Assembly: GCA_038207335.1 (NCBI GenBank)
Contig: JBBQZX010000002.1
Coordinates: 224,001 to 288,000 of the forward strand
Direction: 5' to 3'
From: Chthoniobacterales bacterium
Lineage (GTDB): Bacteria; Verrucomicrobiota; Verrucomicrobiia; Chthoniobacterales; Chthoniobacteraceae
DNA length: 64,000 nt
The notes beneath the pieces were generated by a model. It saw only the letters and a list, made by a program, of their open reading frames with translations, was not told the origin of the DNA and ran no database searches. Shown piece after piece: positions 48,282 to 57,600 of this stretch (its first letter is position 1; every line of letters starts with the position of its first letter). A program made the translations under genes and the position numbers.

Positions 48282-51200
48282 ATGCCCCCGATCAAACTTC
48301 TCTCACGCTGTCGCCAAATGGCCGTCCCTGCGCTCGCGGCCGCGGGCGTTTTCGGGCTCTCCACTGGCTTGGCGCAGACTTTCACTTGGACGGGTCTGAA
48401 TGGCGTCTGGAGCGACCTGACGAAGTGGGCCGGCGGCGTTGCCCCCACTGGCACAGATGCGACTGACGATCTTCGCTTCAACAACAGCAACTACACAGCG
48501 ACCAACGACGTGGTGCCTCTAGGTGCCGCGCCTTTCACACTAAATCGTCTCACGTTCGCATCGACCGGCGCGGCAAATATCGCCGGAAATCTTGCACAGT
48601 TTTCCGGCGCGAGTCCGGCGATCACACAAAACGGCACCGCTGCCGCGAATCTCAACCTTCCCCTGACATCCACAGTCCCGCTAACTTTCGCCGGCAGCGG
48701 CACCGGGCTGCTGACGATCAACGGCGCCGTTACGGGCAATTTTGACATCACGAAAACCGGCACGAGCACCTTTCGTTTCGGCACGGCTGGCTCCGGCATT
48801 TCCTCGACCAATACATGGCAGGGAACCCTAAACATCGGCGGTGGCACTGTCACTTTCGCCCCCGCTGCCGACGCGACCGTCCCTGCCGCACAGAGCGCAC
48901 TGCGCGGAAATCGCGTCAACTTTACGAGCTCCACGGGGCTCCTCTCCGCTGCGGATAATCTCCGCACGGGTCTGCTCTCAGGTACTGTGGGCACCATCCT
49001 GGCGCGTGATGCGGGCGGAAACGGCAAGGATATCGTCATCATCGGCCTCGGGAGCGCCACCTTTGGCGGCACTCTCACCAATATCGCTGCGGGCGGCACC
49101 GCAGACGGCAAACTCATCGTGCGCGGCGCTGCGACACAAATCTTAAACGGCACAGTTCAGGTGAACGATGATATTGTGGCTGCCTTTGGCTCGAAGCTGG
49201 TTTTCTCCGGTAGTGCGAGCCTCGGGACGATGACCAAAGGCTCCGTCTCCCTCGAGGGAGGCACCTTCGTCCTGGACAACACGGCTGTGAATAACCTCGA
49301 TCGCCTTCGCGACGCCACCTCCACGAGCACCGGGCTCGAAACCGTCAGCGGCGGCACATTTTCGCTCATCGGATTTAGCACCGCAGCCACGACTGAAACG
49401 ATCGGCCGTCTGCAACTCGGCACCTCAAGCAACCCGCGCGGCGGCGCGCTCACGATCAATGTGACGCAGCCGGGCAACTTTGCCACCACGCTCCGACTCC
49501 AGTCGTATTCGCGCGTGAGCACCCTCACTCCGCGCAACACCGTCGATTTCACCTCCACTCGCGCAGGTGCCACCATCGCCCCGGGCCTCGGCGGCACAAA
49601 TCCCGGCATCGTCATCCTCGGCGTCACCACCGGCGTCGGCGGCCTCCTCACCAGCACGGACGCGCTCGATTCCGGAGTCGGCTGGGCCACGGTCAATGGC
49701 ACCGACTTCGCCACTTCCGGCGCTAACGGCATCGCACCCGTCGCATCCGTCCCGCTTCCCGGCGCCTCCTCGCCAAGCACGAATGCGCAGCTCACTGCTT
49801 CGGCGACCATCGCCTCCGCGACCGATTTTTCGCTGAGCTCGTTGAAAATCGCGCCAACAGCCTCCGGGCAGAGCCTCAGTATCACGAACACCGGCTCGCT
49901 CAGCACCAACGGCATCCTCCTCGCTGGTGCGAACGACTTTTCCATCGTCAACAGCGGCGGCGGAAGCGGCGGAATCGGCGGCCCCGGTGGCGCGCGCTAT
50001 TTCCACGTCCAGAGCGCCGCGCTCACTGTCGGCGTCTCGCTCGCAGCCCTCGATGCTGGCGGCAAGCCGAACTCCGTGGCCAAAGCCGGCGCAGGCGCGC
50101 TCATCTTGACGAATCCCGCGAACTCCACGCTCACAAAAACGCTCACGATCAACGCCGGAACGGTCCGGGCTACGCCGGGCTCCACGCTCACAGGCGGGAA
50201 AATCGAGCTGCGCGGGGGCGTCCTCGAACTCGTCGGCGGCGGCACCTACAGCCCAACGCTCGGCGATGCCACGGGCAATATCAATTGGCGCGGCGATGAA
50301 CTCAGCAGCGGCATCAATCCCGTGCCAGTCCTCGACCGCGGCAGATCGAATTCTGACAAAGGCAGCGGCGGTTTCTCCGCATTCGGCGCGGACGTGACCG
50401 TCGATATCAATGGCGGCGGTCCTTCGAACCTCACCTGGGAGGACTCGTATTTCCTGGATAGCGGCCAGGCTCTGGTCTTCGGCTCCACCCGAGCGACGAA
50501 TCGCGTCACGCTCGTCGATAACATCAACCTCAGCGGCACGGGCGTGAACTTTTCCACCCGCCAAATCCGCGTGGACGACGCCGTCATCCCGGCCGGCGGC
50601 TCCGCACGCCTCTCCGGCTCCATCGCCGGTGAAGTTTATCGCGACCTCCTCAAGACCGGCATCGGCCGCCTCGAACTCAGCGGGACCAACAGCTACCTCG
50701 GCCGCACCGTCGTTAATCAAGGTGAACTCGCCGTCAATGGCCTGAATTCCTCGACCTTCCTAACACAGGTTCAAAGCGGCGCGAAACTCAGCGGCAATGG
50801 CACCACCGGCCCGGTGCGCATCGAAGGCGGCGCCTCGCTCGCGCCCGGCGACACCGCCGGTCACGCCAGCATCCTCCGCACCGGCGACGCCACGCACAAC
50901 GGCGATCTGCAATTCATGGACGGCACCGCGAAGCTCGCCATCGAACTCGGCGGCACCACCGCGGGCGGCGACGGCGTCAGCGGCTACGACCGCATCAGCG
51001 TCACCGGCGGCATCACCCTCAACGGCGCGTCGCTCGAAGGCTCGCTCCTCAACGGCTTCAACCCCGCGATGGACGACCTCTTTTTCATCATCGTCAACGA
51101 TGGCACCGACGCCGTCAGCGGCACCTTCGCCCAAGGCACCGGCATCGCCATCGGCGGCAAATTCTTCGTCATCGGCTACGACGGAAACTTCCTCGGCGAG

Positions 51201-51326
51201 GGCAACCCCGGCAACAGCACCACCAACGGCAACGACGTCTTCCTGCGCGCCGTCCCCGAGCCATCCTCCACGATCCTCGCCCTCAGCGGCCTCGCGCTCC
51301 TCGGCCTGCGCCGGAAGCGGTCTTAA
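48282..51326 (+). CDS. PEP-CTERM surface protein with autotransporter-associated beta-strand repeats
   Basis: Signal peptide, K.G.G.L.L repeats (KTGIGRLELSGTNSYLGRTVVNQGEL), VPEPSSTILALSGLALLGLRRKRS. Confidence 0.9.
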   Translation: MPPIKLLSRCRQMAVPALAAAGVFGLSTGLAQTFTWTGLNGVWSDLTKWAGGVAPTGTDATDDLRFNNSNYTATNDVVPLGAAPFTLNRLTFASTGAANIAGNLAQFSGASPAITQNGTAAANLNLPLTSTVPLTFAGSGTGLLTINGAVTGNFDITKTGTSTFRFGTAGSGISSTNTWQGTLNIGGGTVTFAPAADATVPAAQSALRGNRVNFTSSTGLLSAADNLRTGLLSGTVGTILARDAGGNGKDIVIIGLGSATFGGTLTNIAAGGTADGKLIVRGAATQILNGTVQVNDDIVAAFGSKLVFSGSASLGTMTKGSVSLEGGTFVLDNTAVNNLDRLRDATSTSTGLETVSGGTFSLIGFSTAATTETIGRLQLGTSSNPRGGALTINVTQPGNFATTLRLQSYSRVSTLTPRNTVDFTSTRAGATIAPGLGGTNPGIVILGVTTGVGGLLTSTDALDSGVGWATVNGTDFATSGANGIAPVASVPLPGASSPSTNAQLTASATIASATDFSLSSLKIAPTASGQSLSITNTGSLSTNGILLAGANDFSIVNSGGGSGGIGGPGGARYFHVQSAALTVGVSLAALDAGGKPNSVAKAGAGALILTNPANSTLTKTLTINAGTVRATPGSTLTGGKIELRGGVLELVGGGTYSPTLGDATGNINWRGDELSSGINPVPVLDRGRSNSDKGSGGFSAFGADVTVDINGGGPSNLTWEDSYFLDSGQALVFGSTRATNRVTLVDNINLSGTGVNFSTRQIRVDDAVIPAGGSARLSGSIAGEVYRDLLKTGIGRLELSGTNSYLGRTVVNQGELAVNGLNSSTFLTQVQSGAKLSGNGTTGPVRIEGGASLAPGDTAGHASILRTGDATHNGDLQFMDGTAKLAIELGGTTAGGDGVSGYDRISVTGGITLNGASLEGSLLNGFNPAMDDLFFIIVNDGTDAVSGTFAQGTGIAIGGKFFVIGYDGNFLGEGNPGNSTTNGNDVFLRAVPEPSSTILALSGLALLGLRRKRS

Positions 51327-51401
51327 AATCCTCCTCGTCCCGCACCGCGGACACAAGGGGACGGCGATCCCGTCTGCAACTGCCTTTTTCTGCCGCGCGT
51401 C

Positions 51402-51450
51402 GTAGTCGGGATCGGTGATCCCGGCGGTCTGGGAGCAATCCTGCACTACA
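51402..51450. repeat. GTAG-type REP-like palindrome
   Basis: GTAGTCGGGATCGGTGATCCCGGC hairpin with a distal CTAC. Confidence 0.4.
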
Positions 51451-51477
51451 GACACACCGCCACCGTCTCTCTTCCAC

Positions 51478-51512
51478 AAAAAAAGGCGCTGCCGGTTTCC
51501 CGACAGCGCCTT
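51478..51512 (-). terminator. rpsA intrinsic terminator
   Basis: Minus strand AAGGCGCTGTCGG-GAAA-CCGGCAGCGCCTT followed by a T tract. Confidence 0.85.
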
Positions 51513-51539
51513 GTTGATTTGCGGGGCCTGAGTGGCCGG

Positions 51540-53222
51540 TTATTTCTTGCTCCGATCGCCGGGACGATACTCCTCGGCGGCTGCCGCGAAGGCTTGCTCG
51601 AGGCCGACCATGTCTTCGCCAGGCTTGATGCTGTCGAATGCGGCGGCTTCGCGCTTGATGTCTTCTTCGCTGTAGTTCGCCGCTTTCATCGAGAGGCCGA
51701 TGCGACGCTCGGTCTTATCGACCTTGATGACGCGCGCTTCGATCTCCTGCCCGACTTTGAGCACGTCCTTGATCTTCGCCACATGATCCTCGCTGATCTG
51801 CGAGATGTGGACGAGACCGTCGATCTCGCCATCGAGCGCGATGAATGCGCCGAATGCCGCGATCTTGCTGACCTTGCCTTTGACGAGGTCGCCGATCTTG
51901 TACTTCTGGTCGATGTCCTTCCACGGATCGCCCTCGAGTTGTTTCATGCCGAGGCTGATTCGCTGGTTCTGCTTGTCGATGTCGATGACCACCGCCTCGA
52001 TCTCGTCACCCTTTTTGATGACTTCGCTCGGGTGGTTAATCTTGCGCGTCCACGACATGTCGGAGACGTGCACCATGCCGTCGATGCCCTCTTCCATTTC
52101 GACGAATGCGCCGTAAGCGGTGAGGTTGCGGACCGTGCCTTTGACCTGCGCGCCGATCTGGTAGCGGCTCTCGATCGCGTCCCACGGATTGGGCTCCATC
52201 TGGCGCACGCCGAGGGAGATTTTCTGCTCCTCTTTGTTGACGCCGAGCACGATGGCTTCGACTTCCTGGCCCACGGTGAGCACGTCGGACGGGCGCGCGA
52301 TGCGCTTGGTCCATGACAACTCGGAGACGTGGATGAGACCCTCGACGCCTTCCTCGATTTCGACGAATGCGCCGTAAGGAACGAGGTTCGTGACCTTGCC
52401 CTTGACCTTCGCGCCGATGGGGAAACGCGCTTCGGTTTCGTTCCAGGGGTTCTTCTGGTTTTGTTTGAGGCCGAGCGAGACGCGCTCTTTTTCCTTGTTG
52501 ATGTCGAGGACGATGACTTCGAGTTCCTGCCCGACTTTGAGCAGTTCGCTCGGATGGCCGAGTCGGCCCCAAGTCATGTCGGTGATGTGGAGGAGTCCGT
52601 CCATGCCATCGAGGTCGATGAATGCGCCGAAGTCCGTGAGGTTCTTCACGGCACCCTTCACGGTGCTGCCGATCTTGATGGTATCGAGGAACGCCTGGCG
52701 CTTGCCTGCGCGCTCGGCCTCGATGATTTCGCGGCGCGAAAGGACGACGTTTTTGCGGTCGTCGTTGATCTTGACGATCTTGAAGTCGTAGGTGTTGCCG
52801 ACGAACTGCTGGAGATCTTTCGGGGGGACGATGTCGATCTGCGAGCCAGGCAGAAATGCCTCGACGCCGATGTTGACGGTGAGCCCGCCTTTGACCACGG
52901 CCTTGACCTTGCCTTTGATGAGACCGTCGCCTTGGAAGACCTTGACGATCTTCTCCCAGTTCTGGCGGTAAGCGGCTTTTTCCTTGGAAAGGATGACGGT
53001 GCCTTCGTCATTTTCGAGCCGGCACAGGAGCACTTCCACTTCGTCGCCGATTTGGAGATCGTCGATGTCATCAAACTCGCTGGAGGGGATGACGCCCTCG
53101 GATTTGTAGCCGATATCCACGAGCACTTCGCGCGGGCGAATCTCCAGGATGCGGCCCTTGACGATGCTACCCTCTTTAAAATCGCGCATCGACTTCGCGA
53201 TCAGGTCCTTCATTTCGATCAT
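51540..53222 (-). CDS. rpsA: 30S ribosomal protein S1
   Basis: Six S1 repeats: VDIGYKSEG, AFLPGSQID, DFGAFIDL..DGLLHITD, YGAFVE..GVEGLIHVSE. Confidence 0.97.
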   Translation of the reverse strand: MIEMKDLIAKSMRDFKEGSIVKGRILEIRPREVLVDIGYKSEGVIPSSEFDDIDDLQIGDEVEVLLCRLENDEGTVILSKEKAAYRQNWEKIVKVFQGDGLIKGKVKAVVKGGLTVNIGVEAFLPGSQIDIVPPKDLQQFVGNTYDFKIVKINDDRKNVVLSRREIIEAERAGKRQAFLDTIKIGSTVKGAVKNLTDFGAFIDLDGMDGLLHITDMTWGRLGHPSELLKVGQELEVIVLDINKEKERVSLGLKQNQKNPWNETEARFPIGAKVKGKVTNLVPYGAFVEIEEGVEGLIHVSELSWTKRIARPSDVLTVGQEVEAIVLGVNKEEQKISLGVRQMEPNPWDAIESRYQIGAQVKGTVRNLTAYGAFVEMEEGIDGMVHVSDMSWTRKINHPSEVIKKGDEIEAVVIDIDKQNQRISLGMKQLEGDPWKDIDQKYKIGDLVKGKVSKIAAFGAFIALDGEIDGLVHISQISEDHVAKIKDVLKVGQEIEARVIKVDKTERRIGLSMKAANYSEEDIKREAAAFDSIKPGEDMVGLEQAFAAAAEEYRPGDRSKK

Positions 53223-53315
53223 GTGTATTTCACTGCAAGCCACGGGTTCCGGTTTTCCCAAATCCCCGGGCGTCTCATCTGAGCAGCCAAAATTAGCGGG
53301 GAGGAGGGGGCGGGG

Positions 53316-53343
53316 AAAGTAGGGAGCCGCGCGAGGAATGCAA
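53316..53343 (-). promoter_or_regulatory. Putative rpsA sigma70 promoter
   Basis: TTGCAT-16bp-TACTTT on the minus strand. Confidence 0.5.
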
Positions 53344-53373
53344 GCGCACCTTTTGGGAAAATCTGAGAGCGTC

Positions 53374-54471
53374 TCAGTCTCGTGGGAAAACGTCGGAAAG
53401 TGGGGGCGCTGCTTTTGGCTCCGCAGCGCGGTAGTCTTCGCCGAGGAATTTTGCCAGCGTTTCCGCCATCTGCGCCTGTTTAACTGACTCGCACTCTTTT
53501 CGCTCTCCAAGCGGAGGCGTGTCGGGTCCGAGCACGGCACACCACCATTCGCCCGAGTGCGCGATTTTCTCCCCATGACTCGTCCAATCCGCGGTCAGCG
53601 CGCCGCGGCCGTGGTCCGTGGTGATGATGAGAGTTGTGCTGCCGCGATACTCCGGGAGAGCTTGGACTTTCTCCCAAAGCTCACCGATCCAGCGATCGAC
53701 GCGGTGCGCGGCTTCGAGGTAGCGATCATAGCGGCGCGCGTGCGCCCATTCGTCCGTCTCTCCGAAATTCACGTAAAGGACCCGGGGCTTATGTGCATCG
53801 ATGAACTCGAGCGCGGCTCGCTGCACGAACGCATCGTAGTGCTCGTCCGGCCAAGGCGAGGGAATGTCGGCCATGAGTTTTTCGAGTTCCGCGATGCGGG
53901 GCGAGGCCTCGCCGGATGCCGATTTTTGAAGCGTCGTGAACATCGGCAGATGACTGCGATCCACATTCAAAATCTCGCGCATCACGGTCCACCCGTTGCA
54001 GGCGAAGACTTTGCCCGCAAAACCCGGACGCCCGTTGAGCCATTCCAGCACACTCACGTTGGGATTCGGAATCGGCTTGTTGCTCGTGATGCGATCGTCG
54101 GCGTGGCCGGTCAGAAATTCGTTGTAGCCGGGATAGGAAAACCAAAGGTCATTCGTCACATCGCCGAGGCTGCCAGCATCGCGGTTGCCGAAGATTTGTC
54201 CCTGCTTCGCGACTGTGTCCCAAATGAACGGCAGCAGCTTGCCCCGCCGCGCATCCGGCCTGTCGCCTGCAAACTCCTGCGTCAAAGCTGCGGCATCCGT
54301 CACCCCGCCGGACTGCTTGTTCATCAACGTCGCATCCGCTCCACGAAAGACTTCCTGCCAGCGAAATCCATCCGTCGTGACGAGCAGCAAATGCCGCGTC
54401 TTCAACTCGGCGGCGCGTAAAGTCAAATCGCTCAGCAGGAGCACCAGCAAACAAGCAGACAACATTTTCAT
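53374..54471 (-). CDS. Alkaline phosphatase superfamily protein, secreted
   Basis: Signal peptide, TTDGFRWQEVF, FSYPGYNE, GETDEWAH, TTDHGRG. Confidence 0.85.
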   Translation of the reverse strand: MKMLSACLLVLLLSDLTLRAAELKTRHLLLVTTDGFRWQEVFRGADATLMNKQSGGVTDAAALTQEFAGDRPDARRGKLLPFIWDTVAKQGQIFGNRDAGSLGDVTNDLWFSYPGYNEFLTGHADDRITSNKPIPNPNVSVLEWLNGRPGFAGKVFACNGWTVMREILNVDRSHLPMFTTLQKSASGEASPRIAELEKLMADIPSPWPDEHYDAFVQRAALEFIDAHKPRVLYVNFGETDEWAHARRYDRYLEAAHRVDRWIGELWEKVQALPEYRGSTTLIITTDHGRGALTADWTSHGEKIAHSGEWWCAVLGPDTPPLGERKECESVKQAQMAETLAKFLGEDYRAAEPKAAPPLSDVFPRD

Positions 54472-54597
54472 TCGCGCCAGCGAAACTCTTCGTAGGTCGA
54501 TCGACAAGACTCGGAAGACCTAGGGACTGCCAAATCGTTCATAAGAAACCTTGAAGCTGCGCGTTTTCCGATCTCTAAAGGCCGATCCCGTACGCAG

Positions 54598-54633
54598 AAC
54601 CGCTCTCGCCAGTGTGACCCAGCGAGAGCGGTT
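54598..54633 (-). terminator. Stem-loop after the Gly-rich protein operon
   Basis: AACCGCTCTCGC...GCGAGAGCGGTT, 12-bp stem. Confidence 0.6.
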
Positions 54634-54668
54634 TGTCTGAGGCAGGCTCGGCTTTGCGCCCCGCTCGG

Positions 54669-57600
54669 TTACAGGATGAAGACGCGGCCGATAAGGGTCA
54701 CGGGATTGCCGTTGAGGTCGGTGATGGCGGAAGCGATGAGCGCGCCATCGACGAGGCGGCCATTGCGCTCGGGCGTCGTGACTGGTGTGACGCCATCCGC
54801 AGCGATGTAGTCGAATGAGCCGAGCACCGGTTTGTCCGCCCCGACCACGCCGTTGAGGATCTTGATGCCCCGCGCCGCATGGATGACTGCGATCTGATCC
54901 ACATTTCCCGCCACCGCAGAGAGCAGGTTGCGCGCGGTGAGATCGACGAGGTCGCCGTTGCCGTCCCGAGTACGGAAGGTGGCAGGCTGCGTGATGAATT
55001 TCTGTTGCACCGGATCGTAGATGGGCTTGATCCCGCCGGCAGCGCCGACAACGACGCCGACGTTGCCGTCCGCATCGCTGAGCTCACCCGGGTTTTTCAA
55101 CGTCGCCGCTGGATTCGCGCGAATCTTATTTTCCACGAAGGCCGCGATCGTCTCTCCGGCGAAAATGTTGTTGTAACTCTTGATCGCGACGTTTGTCGCG
55201 ATGTTGCCGACGTCGCCGGTGATGAACGTATTGGCGATGTTCCCGCCGCGCCCGGCATAGACGACGTTGTCGAGCACGGTGCCATAATGGATCGAGCTTC
55301 CGCCATTGCCGGCGATGAGATCGACGTGCGCCTGGATGTTTCCGATCTGGTTGAAGCCAACGATGCTGCCGCCTTTGCCCGCCTGCCCAACGCGCCCGCC
55401 GAAGGATTTCAAACCCTGATCAGGACTCTGGTCGCGGAGCGCCCCAGTCGAGTCGCGTTCGGTATTTGGGACGAATGCCGAAGCATCGCCACCGTCGCCA
55501 GCGACGACGAGCAACTTCACGAGCGTGGAGGCGCGGAGTTCCACAGTCGAGGTACGGACGCTTCCGCCCAAGCCGCCTTGAGTGAGGCCGTCGCCGCCGG
55601 CACCACCGATCAGGACGTATCCGCCGTCGCTGGCGCTGGTGATTAGATCGAACACGTCGCCGCCGTCGCCGCCCAATGCACCGGCACTGGACCCGCCGTT
55701 GCCCGCGAGGACCCGGTTGTAGTTATAAGGCTGGAGCTTCGGCGCATTGGCGACGCCCTTGGTCGGGACGTTGACGCTGCTGACGCTGCCACCTTTGCCG
55801 CCACTGCCCGATGTGCCCGAACCTCCATGTCCCGCGACGGCGCTGAAGCCTGCCGGCTTCACGTTGTCACCAGTTGAGGGCGGTTGGAAGAGGAAGTTTG
55901 AAATCGAGCCGCCGTCGCCGCCCCGAGTGCCGCCGCCGCCGTTGCCGGCGATGAGCGCGATGTCCGAGGTGAGGATGCTGCCGACATTCGGGCTGGAGTT
56001 CGAGATGCTGCCACCTTTTCCACCTGAGCCAGCGACCGCGTTGCCGCCGTCGCCTGCCTCCATACGGAAGAAGGTGCCGTCAACCTCCTGCAGAAGCGGA
56101 GTAATGCCACCGATTTTCGTGCGGAAGCTGCTGATCGAACCGCCGTTGCCACCGCCGCGGGTGCCGCTGCCGCCGTCGCCAGCGAGCGCGGTGAAGGACT
56201 TATTTCCATTATTGCCATTCGCCGCGAGTTGATGAGGAATCAAGGAGTCGAAGATGTAAGCTCCCGCGCCGAGATTGGTGCCGTTGCCGATGATCGAGCC
56301 ACCGTTGCCACCGATGGAGCCGCTGCCGCCCTTGCCGGCAGTCCAACTGTAGCCGCCGTAGATCGAGTCAGCTGCAAGGCTGCCGCCGTCGCCGCCGGTG
56401 CCGGAGACACCGCGTCCACCGTCGCCAGCGCGGAGGGTCACATCCGCCTCGCCGCGAGAGACGACACCGATGATTCCGCCGCCCTTGCCGCCTTTCGCAA
56501 AGCCGTCGCCGCCCTTTCCGGCCACCAAATCAATGGTTCCGTCGATGAAAAACTGCAACGAGCCCACGAGATCTTGCGAACTGGAAGCCACCATCGTGAG
56601 CGGATCGACGGTGGTAAATGTGGTCAGCTTGCTACCGATGCCGAGCCCGCCGCCGAGTCCACCGGTGCCGACGATGGAATTTCCACCGTCACCCGCCAAG
56701 ACGCTGTAACCGAGCTGGACATTACTGAGCGAAGCGCCTCGGCCTCCGAATCGAGCGGAAATCAAGTCGTTGAAACCGATGTTGCTATTGTTGTATCCGC
56801 TAAATATTACCGGTTTGGCGATGTCGTTAAGGTCCGGGTACCACACATCGGAGAGATGTGGCGAATTCGGGTCCGGGATATTGGGTAGGGAGTTGATCTC
56901 ATCCAAGTAGATTGACGGTGTAGCTGCCCCCTCCACGAACTGAATCGTCACTGCAGAGTAGGTGAAGATGTTGCCAAAGATCGCGATCTGATTGACGACA
57001 CCATCACCGTCGGCATCGACGGAAACGATCGAAGCTCCGACGTTTGGTCGGAAATTGTCACCGAGGTAGTTGCCGGCATTTTGGGCCACATCATCTGAAA
57101 CGTCAATCCCATTTCCCAATCCATCGCCGAGGGAGCCAACGTAAAAACCAAATCCAGCTGTATCGCCCGTGATCGCGATCACATCGGCGGCGCCATCACT
57201 GTTATAGTCAAGAATCGTGAAATCCAACGGGAAGGCACCTTCCAGTGAAATGCCAGGACCACGATCCGTATCGACGACCCCCAGACTGAAGAACCCTGTG
57301 TTGACGGGCGGCGTGGCGACATACTTTCCACCCGCAAAGGTGCTCGCGCGGGTTTGGTAATCAACGGTGAAGGCGACATTAAAATACGAACCCCCATCGC
57401 CGCCCAGATCTCGGCTGGCAACGAGCAGAACGTCGTGATCCGAGGTGGTCGTAAGAGCCGTCGCCTCAATCATCGCGTGGCCAGGCGTGCCACTCGTAAA
57501 TGCAGTGATATACGGGAGCCGCGGGTCCGGCGCCGTGTCACCATCCGGCGTCCTGATTCGTTTGGAGCCATAATCGGCGTAGAACTGACCCGTCAGCGAA

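Noticed and set aside
53223..53576. 118-aa N-terminal extension of rpsA in the ORF track
   Set aside because: It overlaps the upstream gene and promoter; S1 homology starts at MIEMKD (53222)
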